This document shows, in pieces, positions 34,591 to 47,899 of a DNA stretch of 64,000 bases; within the stretch, counting starts at the first letter, position 1; every line of letters begins with the position of its first letter. The position numbers and the translations under genes are program-made. The DNA lies in assembly GCA_040437565.1 (NCBI GenBank), contig JBDOQK010000014.1:186001-250000 (forward strand), given 5' to 3'. The DNA is from Albugo candida (lineage: Eukaryota). The notes under the pieces are model-generated. The model searched no databases. It was not told where the DNA came from and saw nothing but the letters and a program-made list of their open reading frames with translations.

Positions 34591-37500
34591 AAGTTAACTT
34601 TAGTTGAATACGTTAGCGCGATTTGTTGAAGGTTTAGGAACAGCCTTTATAGTTAGAGCTGAAGCGGTGCCTCAAGTTGAAGACATGAGCACCAACCAGA
34701 ATATGTATGCGGAGCTAGATAAGATGGCATCCGACTCCGAAGAAAGAAGACAAAAAAGGCATTCCGGAAGCTGGATCCATCTGGATTTTTCATAGGAGAG
34801 CGAACGGAAGATCGAGTTCGACGGAGGACTGCGAGATGGTGGATGTTCAGGAGCGGATCGAATTGCCAATGCGCCACAAGTCCAAGACACCGATGTACAA
34901 AGGAGAGACGTCGAAAAACAAGAGGAAGTTTGTGAAGAAGTACCAGGATTATTACAACACGCTTCTGGCGTACGAAACATGCCAGAATAAACCAATCGTC
35001 ATGCCGGTATCCGTTTGCGTGGAGGTATGGACAAAAGAACAGATCCTGAAGTATGAGATGGAAAAATCTGCAATGGAAGTAGCAAAAAAAGATGGATAAA
35101 TTATATTCGGAAGCAGGAGAGCCGGATTACGTGGATTCGGCAAAGACTGATGCAGAAATGCGCAAGCGCAAGATGGATTTTACTCTGACCGATGCAGGCT
35201 CGCAAATTTTTCGTCTGAGAAACCAGATACATCGGGTATTGAATCAGCAAGGTCTGCAGGAGTATGTGGAACATGCGGATGCGAAAAGAATTGTCCAGTG
35301 GATGGTGGATGCTGGAGCCGCCAACTTTCAGACGAAAAATCGTGGAAAAGCTGGGAATGGACGTTCACAAGACAAAGAAGAAGAATCCCGTAGTCTTCTG
35401 CAAATGGTGCCAAGATTCATTGAAAAGCTTTATTGAGTGAGAAACAGTATTAATATCACACAGCATGTCACAAAGAGTTGAGGTGAGAGATGTTAAGACG
35501 ACCAAGTTTGTATAACGCAATAATTATCATAAAAGTAAAGATGAGAAGTCTCCGATGTTTGAAGTGTGTTAGTACGGAGCATTCCGTTCGAAACTGGTCG
35601 CCATGTGCACCAGGAGAGGGTGAAAGATTGTTGAAACAAAGGATAATTGAAGCGATAAGGAAAGTGAAAAAACAGTTGCACGCAATAGCAGTGGAGAGGT
35701 CATGACTATGGTGGATGGCATCGAAATTGTCAATACTCTATTGGATTCAGGATCGGATTATCGGATGATATCCGTTGGCCTCGTGAAGGTGCTTCGGCTG
35801 CGAAACATCTGCCGATAAAAGACTCAAAAGTGCCGTTTAATGTAGCCACCGTGGGAAGACGCCACTATGGGTTAAACGAATTGTGATTTTAGCCTGTGTG
35901 TAGTTCACTACAAATGGGGGGGGGCGTTCTTATGGCGGAATATGGACGTCATGTTAAATGAAGAAGATGAATCGCTCTCGTTAAACATGTATAGAAATTT
36001 TATGGAGACGATAAGGTATTCGGTGGAGGCGAATTTGCAAGGAGCAATTGGAAAGCAACAATCTGGGATACGTCCGTTGATAAGAAGTACAGACTCCCGT
36101 CAATAAGTATTTGAAAAGCTTCGAGGAAAGGTTATATGAAGAACTAGATGATACTGTCGCGAAGCAGAACGGTGTCTTTTCACCCCGGAAGTGCCTTTTA
36201 CCGAAACTCAGCAAGAAACGGCTAATTCCGCATTGAAGGGAAAGGTGACCGAAGCGCAGGAAGCAAGAGCCACAGTGGAGCCAGTCAACCTTCTAAAGAA
36301 TTTTTTTTATCAGATATGGAGATAAATGTCGACTGGAAATTGCTGCAGACCCTCCTGTCAAAGCTGCAAGTCATTCTAAAGGAAGGATCCATACCGTTCA
36401 TGGCAAAGTCGAGTCGTTATCCACCACTTCATAAAGACTGCATTGATAGCAATATCGCGGACCTGATGGAGCACGATTTAATATATCGTAATCCAGATTT
36501 TGATGTGAAAGTTCCCCGCGTATTGTAGCGAAAAAGGATCTCCGTTCTTACCCTGTGACGGTGGACCCTAAGGGCAAAAATTGAATTGACGGTTCCGATG
36601 GCATGGCCCATGCCGCACCCTCGAAGTAGTTTTGTCAAATTTGGCGGGATCAAGATGCTATTTTTCTTTGGACTGTTTTCGATTTTACTGCCAAGTACCG
36701 TTACATCCGAATAGCCGAGATTATGTTACTGTGGTGACACCAAATGGCTTGTTTACGGCAAATCGAGCTATCATGGGATCGACCGATGCAGTTTCTTAGT
36801 TGCACAGCAAGTGGCCGAACAAGTCATGAAGCCTGTTTTGGGAAAAGGCGTACAGTCTGGTTGGATGATGTCTTGGGATATGCGGAGACTGAGAAGCAAT
36901 TTCTGGATACACTAGAGGTGGTCATACAAAGATGCCGGGACTTTGGAATAAACCACATTCGGAAAAATGTAGTTTTCTTTCGTAACCAAGGTCATAAGCC
37001 ATTGTGCAAGTCGGATACAAGGCCTGTGTGAGCTTGCACTTCCATAAACCGCAGCAGGACTACAACAATTTTATGTGCTGTAAACGGGATGCGCAACAAC
37101 TTTCCGAATTACACGACCCTTGTGAAAGATCTGCAGGACGTTCAGGAACATGCAACAAAGTCTGCAGGAAGCAGAAAGAAAAATAATCTCACGACAATAT
37201 TGTTACGGGATCATGGATGAATTTCCAAACAGAAGGCCTGTTTAGATAAGATCAAAGTGTTCTGTCTGCTATGGTGCCCATGGCGCATACAAGAGATGCG
37301 TGGGACGTACGTCTGTATACCGATGCATCTCAAGATCATTGGGTTATCATTACTCAAGTAGCACCGAGAAATTGTCAAAACCCAAACGGGAACAAGACCA
37401 TTTCCCCTCGCTTTCATAGATGGGTCGCTCAAACGGTCTATGTTGAAATGAACGACGATTGAAAGAAGAGTTTTCTTTTGTGGAGACTTGCAAGCGGATG

Positions 37501-37672
37501 GAATACTTGTTGCTGTGACAATAGGATTTTATATATTTACCGACCATCGAAATCTGCAGTTCATATTCGACTCAGGGAGTGTTGATAATGCGATTGCTCG
37601 ATATAGAGCCGAAAAAACTCCAACGATGGTCGATGGTGCTACAGATGTTTTGCTATACTGTAGACAACGTGG

Positions 37673-39253
37673 CCGGAAGCGAAAATATCTGGGGTGATTT
37701 TTATCATGGTGGAGTTGATCTACTTATCATAAAGAGCGCGTGTCAGGTAGGTGCGATGCTTTATCAGCTGTCAATGATGTGTCGCCTCTAGAACAAACGA
37801 ATTTTGAATGTCCTTGAGACCCGGAAGCGAAAATATCTGGGGTGATTTTTATCATGGTGGAGTTGATCTACTTATCATAAAGAGCGCGTGTCAGGTAGGT
37901 GCGATGCTTTATCAGCTGTCAATGATGTGTCGCCTCTAGAACAAACGAATTTTGAATGTCCTTGAGACCCGGAAGCGAAAATATCTGGGGTGATTTTTAT
38001 CATGGTGGAGTTGATCTACTTATCATAAAGAGCGCGTGTCAGGTAGGTGCGATGCTTTATCAGCTGTCAATGATGTGTCGCCTCTAGAACAAACGAATTT
38101 TGAATGTCCTTGAGACCCGGAAGCGAAAATATCTGGGGTGATTTTTATCATGGTGGAGTTGATCTACTTATCATAAAGAGCGCGTGTCAGGTAGGTGCGA
38201 TGCTTTATCAGCTGTCAATGATGTGTCGCCTCTAGAACAAACGAATTTTGAATGTCCTTGAGACCCGGAAGCGAAAATATCTGGGGTGATTTTTATCATG
38301 GTGGAGTTGATCTACTTATCATAAAGAGCGCGTGTCAGGTAGGTGCGATGCTTTATCAGCTGTCAATGATGTGTCGCCTCTAGAACAAACGAATTTTGAA
38401 TGTCCTTGAGACCNNNNNNNNNNNNNNNNNNNNNNNNNNNNNNNNNNNNNNNNNNNNNNNNNNNNNNNNNNNNNNNNNNNNNNNNNNNNNNNNNNNNNNN
38501 NNNNNNNNNNNNNCCGGAAGCGAAAATATCTGGGGTGATTTTTATCATGGTGGAGTTGATCTACTTATCATAAAGAGCGCGTGTCAGGTAGGTGCGATGC
38601 TTTATCAGCTGTCAATGATGTGTCGCCTCTAGAACAAACGAATTTTGAATGTCCTTGAGACCCGGAAGCGAAAATATCTGGGGTGATTTTTATCATGGTG
38701 GAGTTGATCTACTTATCATAAAGAGCGCGTGTCAGGTAGGTGCGATGCTTTATCAGCTGTCAATGATGTGTCGCCTCTAGAACAAACGAATTTTGAATGT
38801 CCTTGAGACCCGGAAGCGAAAATATCTGGGGTGATTTTTATCATGGTGGAGTTGATCTACTTATCATAAAGAGCGCGTGTCAGGTAGGTGCGATGCTTTA
38901 TCAGCTGTCAATGATGTGTCGCCTCTAGAACAAACGAATTTTGAATGTCCTTGAGACCCGGAAGCGAAAATATCTGGGGTGATTTTTATCATGGTGGAGT
39001 TGATCTACTTATCATAAAGAGCGCGTGTCAGGTAGGTGCGATGCTTTATCAGCTGTCAATGATGTGTCGCCTCTAGAACAAACGAATTTTGAATGTCCTT
39101 GAGACCCGGAAGCGAAAATATCTGGGGTGATTTTTATCATGGTGGAGTTGATCTACTTATCATAAAGAGCGCGTGTCAGGTAGGTGCGATGCTTTATCAG
39201 CTGTCAATGATGTGTCGCCTCTAGAACAAACGAATTTTGAATGTCCTTGAGAC
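37673..39253 (+). repeat. Tandem array of a 148-bp unit, 5 copies each side of a gap
   Basis: Unit CCGGAAGCGAAAATATCTGGGG...GAATGTCCTTGAGAC starts at 37673, 37821, 37969, 38117, 38265, (gap), 38514, 38662, 38810, 38958 and 39106. Copies look identical by eye. Confidence 0.95.
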
Positions 39254-40630
39254 CAGAGCAATCCAAGACAAGGCACTTATGGGGAAAGCAGCCACAAACT
39301 ACACCAAGGATGAGGTCAAGTTAGTCTGGGTGGATCCACTGGGACGTAAATGGATACCAGATCATGCTGTGGATCTACAGCAACGGTTATGTCTCATTGC
39401 TCATGCGGGTGCAGCATCGTGGAATTGCAACAAACTTATGACATTATGGCGACACATGTGGTATGGAAAAGCACGAAAGAGGATGTGCGCAAGTTTTTCA
39501 GCAAATGTTTACACTGTTTGGTGGTCTAAGGTGAACTGTGTCCACGTCCGTACGGCGAAACACTACGGGCAACAAAACCGATAAAATTATACATTTTGAC
39601 TACCTATCTATGCCAAAAGGTTTGGATGGTTTGCATTACGTTCTTGCGTTTAGGGATGGGATGAGCAGGTTCTGTGAATTCATCCCGACAACCGTTGCCA
39701 GCACGGCAGTTACCGTCAACGCTTTATTGGTTCGTTTTAAGCATTACGGTGTGGTGTCATTGTCAGTATCCGATCAAGGCTGCTCGGCGCGCAGCATCAT
39801 TTCGTTACTGCTTGCTGTCCATGGGCAAATGGATCCGTGGAAGTGCTGACAGGAAATTGCTGAAGGCGATGCGGTCACTTCTAAGCGAGAAATGGCAACT
39901 GATTGGACAATGGCCGCAGTTGTTGTCACTGTTTCAGTCGAGCATAACCAGCTGCCTTCGAGTCGACTTGGAGGTGTTGCCTCACTGACGGCGTCTACTG
40001 CGCACCATCCACGAGATCCTATCAATATCATCTATCAGCCAACTGGGGTGACTGGGATTTCGTCGTTTACAGAGCATGAATAAAAAACAGCAACACATGA
40101 AAGACTTCCAGCAAACACTTGCCGCCATGCAGCAACAAGTGTCCGATACGGCGAGGGTAAAGAACGAAGCGGCCCGACTCCAACACAAAAAGAAATATTT
40201 GTAAATTTAGAAATCGGCGACTTTGACTCATCGGAAATGCCACTCGATACTAAAATAAGTTGATTCTCCATTGGAGGGCACTTACCGGGTAATGCCACGA
40301 TCAATGGATGGGCATATGACATGCAGGAACTTGTCGCCCCGTTTGCCATCATCACGCGGCATATCACGCGTTTGAATTTTTTCGGGAATATATCTCGGGA
40401 TTACGCAACGTAGGCAAATGGTGGGCATTTGGTCCAGCGTTTTCTGTACGCATCGATGGGAGCTGTTGGTACAATGGAGGGAATTAGAAGAAGCCGAAAG
40501 TAGCCGGAAGCCTGCGCGAATACTCTTTGAAGATGTACCGCTATTATTGGCGCGGTGGGTACGTACCGAGGCTAAGGCGGAAGGAATGCGAAGTTTCGTC
40601 CTCAATGAAACTTCAAGCAGGAGAGGGAAA

Positions 40631-40802
40631 CGATGTGTGTTATGTGTATATTTTATAGACAACAGCTAACGTATCTCACGTAACTAGCGATAGTAGATCT
40701 TGATACACGCACTTAGAATTTTTTCGATTATTAAGTCAAAGCAGATCCCGAGCAATAGTAGAAGGAGATCTTCTATAATAGTAGGAAGCACAGAGGATAT
40801 CA
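40631..40802 (+). repeat. 3' LTR of Gypsy element (~170 bp)
   Basis: Follows purine tract AGGAGAGGGAAA. Direct repeat of 34432-34590 with several substitutions and indels. Ends GATATCA. Confidence 0.85.
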
Positions 40803-43800
40803 ACGATTCACTGTATCCAAGGGCAGGTTCTAAGAAAACTGCGTGCGTATATTTATCATCGGAGACATGATATTCGCTAAGCTGCTTCTCAGGAATAGTT
40901 CTTATAGACGAGGTGCAAGCGTACATTTGGGATAGCAATATATATAAGATGTCTTATACATGTATGTCGTCTCGGACTTCTACAAGCTTGTGTCTTAATA
41001 GCTCATCTGCCGATCGCTCGTAGAGTCGTGCGAAATTGTGAGAGGATGCGGCACGGAAGAGAAAGAATACTGCGCTCATGTGGCGGCCAAATAGATGAAA
41101 ACCGCCAATGTATGAAGTGGATACGATGTTGGATGCCAAGCTTTTCTCGATGGCTGATCCACTACTTTGTGCAAAAAGTCACAACCTACTATTCCTCCAC
41201 ACGAATAACAACATTATTTCACTTATGATAGGTACACTGTGAATTGTAATAGAATGTTGACTTCACTTATTCGATGCATGTCATTGCGCAGTGTGGATTT
41301 GAAAATGTTTGACAATGCTTCTGGTGCGGCACACAGTATCGTTTAATTGCTCCATTTGTATGTGATGAGTGTGCTTTCTGCTCGGCGATTAAATCGGCTT
41401 ATTTGGTAAAGAAGGATCAAGAAATGAGGAGTAAATATACCTGCTAAGAAATGGCACAACATAACGTCTTGGAAGCGATTCGTTCCAAACATTTTAGAAA
41501 CGAAGCTTTCATGGATAAATCTTTTTACAATTTCATGTGCAACCTAATGTTACCAGATTGAAGTGCAACTCAGGCGTTGACGAAAGCCAGCTTTTAGGAC
41601 TCGATGCCGCCGCGAAGACACTCATAATAATAATGCAGCGTGGTGTACAACAAATAATGTCACGTTTCACACACTTGGTTGCTCTTGCCACCATATGTTC
41701 TGATTGATCAAGTACTTCTGTTGAAAAGACTTCAGTAAATGGTATCGAACCAGTTCGAAACCATCTCATCTCAGCTCATTTTCCAACAGGATTCATACCC
41801 AAAGAAGATTCCACCAGCCAAGACCATAGAAGAATCCGACGAAAATAGACAAAATGCTGAAGTTTTGCAAATGGCTGGACAAACTTGAAGTCGAGCGTAG
41901 TGTCGGTAGAACGGTTCCGGTAACGATACGGGACGAAAGAGTTCTTGAAGCTCGGATCTAAATGAAGTCGAGGGATTAACAATGTCATATTGGAGGCAAG
42001 ACCAATGCAGTAGCGAGGGAACCGGGAATAAAAACCTTATGTCAGGACATGCAAATCGATGCGCTGGAATGAATCAATAGAGTGAGATTCCGATAGCAAG
42101 GGAGGTGAAGCTTACAATAAAATCATTCCACGCAAAATAAGTATATTTGGATTTGGAGTAACATCACATCGTTTTTTGCGGCAGCCGTCTTATGCACAGA
42201 AGCTTTCGGGTAGACTCTGGAGTGATGAAATCAGAATCGACTACTTGGGAAGACACCAGAAGAAAAGATTGGAGCTATCTCGAGTAGAAAGTCACTCAGC
42301 GGATCAATCATACTCTTGCGCGGAAGAGATGATATATCGTATAATTGCAGTTCTCGATAATTTACTTAATTATAAATCATACGAAGGCTTGTAATAGACT
42401 CCACCTTAATCATGAGACAAAAGAAAATTGAGCATCAGTTGCGTGCAATTGGAACACTCGACAGAATGATGGAAGTCTAGAAAATGCGGCTAAATTGAGC
42501 ATACCATAAGGAATTGATCAGCGTATACTAGCTAAGAATTTACAATACGAAAACTCTTATTTTTTGTTGTTGTTTTACCTGGTCAGCTATCTACATTGCT
42601 GCTCAAACCCAAATCGAAGATAATATAAACCCTATACAAATCACACCACATTTCGTTAATTTGAAAAATAAAAATTTCGTGGAGGGCCTATCCATACGAA
42701 AAAATATATTTTTTGATATATTGGTACGAATCCGTGAGGGGGATTTATTGAGTGCGACGAAGTAACTAATAACTGGACCGATGTCATAAATGAACATGTC
42801 ATTTGCATCTTAATGTAACACTAAACGTAGTTAGAATCATCTAGTGCATGTAACATTTGGTCTTGACTTTTGATAACGATATCGAGTAATCAACTCCTTC
42901 GAAAATAGCTTTTTTGAGCTTGAAGAGGACCTGTATTCATCGTCTTGCGGCTAGAAGCGTGATCGAGCCGGGTAATGGCGTAATTGTTCGGCCCTGCTTT
43001 GTAGCTATGTTTCACTGAAGTGTACAGCAGTATGAGCAGTGCAACAAAATATAACTTTCCTGCATGTGACCACACCCCAATAATTTGGCGCCGGCGCTTT
43101 GTCGTTTGCAATTATGGTACTTTTGTGCTTGAGCCAGCTCAAAGTTGGCAAACTTGTCGTAACATAGCCACTTTTATCGAAAACCTCAGATGCTTCGCTG
43201 TGCCACAATAGACAAGTTTAACGGCAGCAGAAATCAACGCTTCAGTGATGGGAAGCTATTTTGCAAGCAATGATTGATTAAATGTGAATGCATGCTGCTA
43301 TAGTCGTGTTCAGTTTATACATTGAACTTTGGAGAAAAAAGGACAGTGTGAAGAAAACCCTTTTTCGTTTGGTAAGCCAATATAGTACAACATAACTTGA
43401 TTCGACGAAATTCACTTATTCAAGGTACTGATGATCAAGGGCATTCTTGGTCTCTATAGTTTGAAGGTAAATGTCGAGGAATTCTCCGGAATGATATCGA
43501 CGAGCTTTGCACCAAACCTTGCTTTTTCCAGAAAGAATTTGCAGCACTGAACCTCTCAAACTAAGACAGTTGAACGAAGTTGATCGCTGGCCCACTGGCC
43601 CACTTCAGCTTGCATGCTAAGGGTTCCTTGATTATATCGACGTGGAAAAACATCTCAGCACTCACGGCGAATTTTATCGACCACATCTTATGAAATCACT
43701 TCATTCGTTTTGATCAAGAAATCAAGTTTCAAGATCACATCAACTAATCCTTTGGCTTTTTTTTCATTCAAAAATGGAGCACAAATGTTTTTCAGTGACC

Positions 43801-44339
43801 ACAACGGTGCTTTTCTACAAATAATCGCAGTGGCTGGCGTGTGATGAAAATCCTTCGTTCGGACTTACCAGATTTTACAACAGCTGAAGTACTTACAGAA
43901 CGAAGCATACGGAATCGTTATTTGGATTTGCGAATTCTCATATAGGATGCACCCGTGTATATCCAAAGATGAGGGTCGAGGAAAAAGTACTTTGCTTTGA
44001 CTTGTTGCTCTCCAACACATTCGAATAGGCCGCAACACATCTTTTACTTGATAAATTTAGCACACCANNNNNNNNNNNNNNNNNNNNNNNNNNNNNNNNN
44101 NNNNNNNNNNNNNNNNNNNNNNNNNNNNNNNNNNNNNNNNNNNNNNNNNNNNNNNNNNNNNNNNNNNTTGTTGCTCTCCAACACATTCGAATAGGCCGCA
44201 ACACATCTTTTACTTGATAAATTTAGCACACCAGTCGATCGAGCTCGAGTGAAACAATTCGAGACGAACCAAGGCGATTAGCGTGTTTGGAAATCGCATT
44301 TGGGTGCGGTAGTCGTTTGGAGAATCCAACATATGAATG

Positions 44340-46900
44340 CTTAACTTTTCAGAGTACCATTACCGCGCAAGAATCGATTAGATTACATTGGCATGTCAAA
44401 AGAGCTATTGATTATAGTGGATAAAGACTGAATATCGACTGCGACATACGGGTGACCATCTGGCACAAAAAGTAACTTTTTCAAATCAAATCAAGCATGA
44501 AGACGAGGATATTGGTAAATGCTCATAAGGAAAATTTGAATATATTCAAGTTGTCGAAGCTACCAAATAAAAGCGAATTTGTTGCTCTAATTGTTTCCGA
44601 CAGCTTCGAGTTTCAAGAAAGTAACTATGCAAAAGTTGGAAGACGAAAATCAAGAAACAACTTCAAAGCATTGAAAACAAGGTTGCACAAGATAGCCGAC
44701 GTGCTGTTGAGTCTAGCCAGCGTGTTTTGGAAGTCGCAGCAGCTCGATATCGCGTTCACGACACCAATGAGTCACGGTATTTTTACGAATCGAGTCTCGA
44801 ACAATTCAGAATTTCGGTCGAAAACAATGGCGAACACAACCAAGACGAGAGCTTCGACTATCACGTGAAGCATGTGGAGAACGCTTCCAAGAATTTTTAC
44901 GCCCTCCGGATAGTTTTTGTCGTCTCGTGCCGATCGAAACTGTAACCAAGAAATGTAGCACCGTGACATCGAAACAGAGGGAGATTATTGACGAATTCAG
45001 GGATCATTGCGGTGGTGTAATGGGCTCTCGCAACAGCTCTGAGATCGACTCAGCTGATCCAATCGAAAAAATAAAAAAGGCTACTGGATTCGATTCAAGT
45101 TTCCCTTGCGTTAGAAGATCAACACCGTCTCTCAACTCGCTGAAGTGCGACCGAGATGGCGGAAGCGATAAAGCACATATGAAGTAGCTCTCCAGGTATG
45201 GATGGACTACCATATGCATTCGGAAACGTTTGGCGAATGTGTGATGATCGTTTTCGAATATCAGCTGAAAAGATATATCTTACTTCGATCACAACGTCAC
45301 TCGGCAATCACATTGTTGTACACAAAATGATCACGAGGGGACTCTGGCAACTATTGACGATCGCACTGCTTTGCGTCGATTTGAGAGTACTTGCAAAAGT
45401 GTTGGCGTATCGAGTGAAACGGGTTTGCCAAAACTGGTCCATCAGGATCAAAAAGCATTTGTGCAAGGACGGTCGATGCATCGCCACATTCGGCACGCAT
45501 TGACATCCAAGACTTAGTCACTCATTGTGGGGAGGAAGCGTATGCGACTTTTCTCGACATTGAGAAAACTTAGATCAAGTCAATGGGACGTAAATGTTTC
45601 GCGTTTTGCAAAAAAGGGGCGTTGGAAAACAATTCATCGACTGGATTCGTCTTTTGTACACAAAAACGAAGGCGCAGTCGATAATTAATGGAAATATCAC
45701 ATTGTCCATTACATCACGTTGTGGTGTAACACAAGGCGATCCTCTCTCAGCATTACATTTCTGATGACAATCGAACCTCTTGGGACTCTACTTCGACAAC
45801 ATGAAGAACATGGAAGTTGGATCAATGGCACGACAGTCGCTCCTGGATTATTTTTTGCGGACGATGGCATTGCTTTCAGAAACACCAAATGGTATTTTAA
45901 CGCAACTCAAACTAGTTCAAATCTGTTGCGATGGATCAGGTGCGAAACTCAACTTGAGCATATCATCTTTGCTCTCGTTTGATTCGAATCATGCCGTGTC
46001 CACGTATTCCAAATCTGACCATAATGGCTCCGAGAGATTCTATCAGGTATTTGGGTATTTCATTCGGCCAGAAACCGACTCCTTCGATGGTTATTTCAAC
46101 CATCTAAAGCGTTTTTATATGATAGGTTTGGTGTATGGTTTCGACGTGCACGAACTATCCGTAGTCGCCTACTGGTTGCGCAGACGATAATTTTATCACG
46201 TCTGTGGCATTACACTATGCACGTGGTCATAACAGCAAAGACTATTAGACAGTGGTAGTTATGCTGAATCGATTTGTGCTTTGTTGGAAACACAAAGAAG
46301 ATTCGAAGTGCGTTCATCTGATCATCAAAGACTTTTTAAATCTTAGTAGAGAGGATGGTTTACTACAAGTTCCTATTTCGTAGGACGACTGAAGCTACAA
46401 CGCATCTATTTACTGCAGCAGTTCCCATCCGATGTGAAGAAATATATTTCTGCGCATTGGAAAATTGCTTCGACGGAATTATTACTACTTATCCAACCTC
46501 CGTTCGGACCACACAAGCCGATGGATATATTCTGCATCACACCACATCAATATGGGAAAATGGTTCAATGGAAGAGCACATCTTCTTGATGGAAGCATGC
46601 ATTTGAAAAGTATGAGACAGATTGGAGCATTACAATCTCATATTTAAAACTCTCCAACGCCCTCGATATTGCATGGAATAACCGACGTGGTTAGACAGAG
46701 ATCAAAAATTACATTCGAAGCTGCTAAGGGTAATCCGAGTACGGTAAATTTGTGTTAAATCTTGGCATAGTGGACGAACCGCATCGCACATTTCGGAAAT
46801 CGATGGCTACAGTTTTCGAGAATCGAAGTCTTCAAGACTTTATTAGAGACTGCGACACATGGCCAAAGAAGGAAGCATCCATCGACCAATAAAACAAGGA
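44340..46900 (+). mobile_element. Decayed non-LTR retrotransposon (L1/Tx1-type) ORF2
   Basis: RT motifs SPGMDGLP (~45190), IALLCVDLRVLAKVLAYR, QKAFVQGR, FLDIEK, GVTQGDPLS (~45725), GLFFADD (~45850), all broken by stops and frameshifts. Boundaries approximate. Confidence 0.85.
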
Positions 46901-47899
46901 CGAAGAGCTGAATACATCGGATATAGCTGCAGAAAATTTGTAGAGCTGACTTTACAATGAAGGAAAGCGCTTTCCAGCATTAAGACGTTGTGTTTAGTGT
47001 CGAATTTCATGGTTTGATGTAAGGAAAGATAGCGGAAATGATAATGAAATGTCAGCTGATGTGCTGGAATTATCAACACGGACAGCATCAATGGGGACAA
47101 GATGCACATTCTTCTGTGTTAACTAAAGGCTTCGTGCATCGCTATGGATCGTGTGGTTTCCAGTGGCTCCCTGTTCAGATTCAAGAACTTTTATCTCATT
47201 CTACTGACATGAATCGTGCTATGATCCGTCTTAGTTTTGGAATGCGGTCGGGTAGTCTTTTTTTTTGTTCGTCCAATTTTTTGTTGTTGTCACTTTTATT
47301 CGTCTTTTTTGGTTGCTTCATGTCCACCAGGGTGATTGCACGTGCACGGAATCTGCATTGCCCATATCAATTTTTAGCTTTTCAACATGGTTTACTCATG
47401 CGCTCGATTATTTGTTTTCTTGTATTCTATAATTTACTCGCGCTTAGCGATCAATTGCTCCAAATCTGCTCCAGCTTTCTATTTTACAATCTATCATTTC
47501 CCGGCTTTACTTCGACGTGTTCCTTCCAAACTATTCTTCTCATTCATGATTATAATTGCCAATTTTGTAATGTCGAGAAAGATCAGAAGTTGTACGGTGC
47601 ACGACACTTATAGCCAGCAACTTTTGGTGACTCTTCCCTTCCGTTAAGGATTCTCGGATATGCGCATACCTTAAAATATGCAACCACTGAATAGCTTTAA
47701 ATTTACAACCACGGAAGAAGCGTTAATTGATCTGGCTACCTTGCTGTGGTTTCGTAACTTGTCTAGGCCAATTTTTAATAGAGTAGTAACTTTTTGAATT
47801 CCAGCTAAAAATCGTGTATTTGGCTAGGGGGGGCTGTAATTGGCCACCTGAAACTTTTAATCTAGAAATAAAATATGCACTCGGCCAACTATTGATTAC

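Larger units (their letters stand above)
34432..40802 (+). mobile_element. Full-length but decayed Ty3/Gypsy LTR retrotransposon with chromodomain
   Basis: In order: gag (34830-35430), degenerate knuckle CLKCVSTEH, protease TLLDSGSD (~35735), RT VWLDDVLG (~36855), RNase H LYTDAS and FTDHRNL, integrase IHFDYLSMP...RDGMSRF...VSDQG, chromodomain-like WELLVQWRELEEAESS...LFEDVP (~40450), purine tract, and two LTRs. Many stops and frameshifts. Confidence 0.92.

Noticed and set aside
37673..39253. CRISPR array
   Set aside because: Units are contiguous and identical with no unique spacers. There are no cas genes and the context is eukaryotic.
34427..40807. Target-site duplication for the Gypsy element
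   Set aside because: Flanks AACAT and ACGAT match at only 3 of 5 positions.
47038..47613. 191-aa hydrophobic ORF
   Set aside because: T-rich biased sequence at the end of a decayed LINE with no recognisable motif. Not supportable as a gene.
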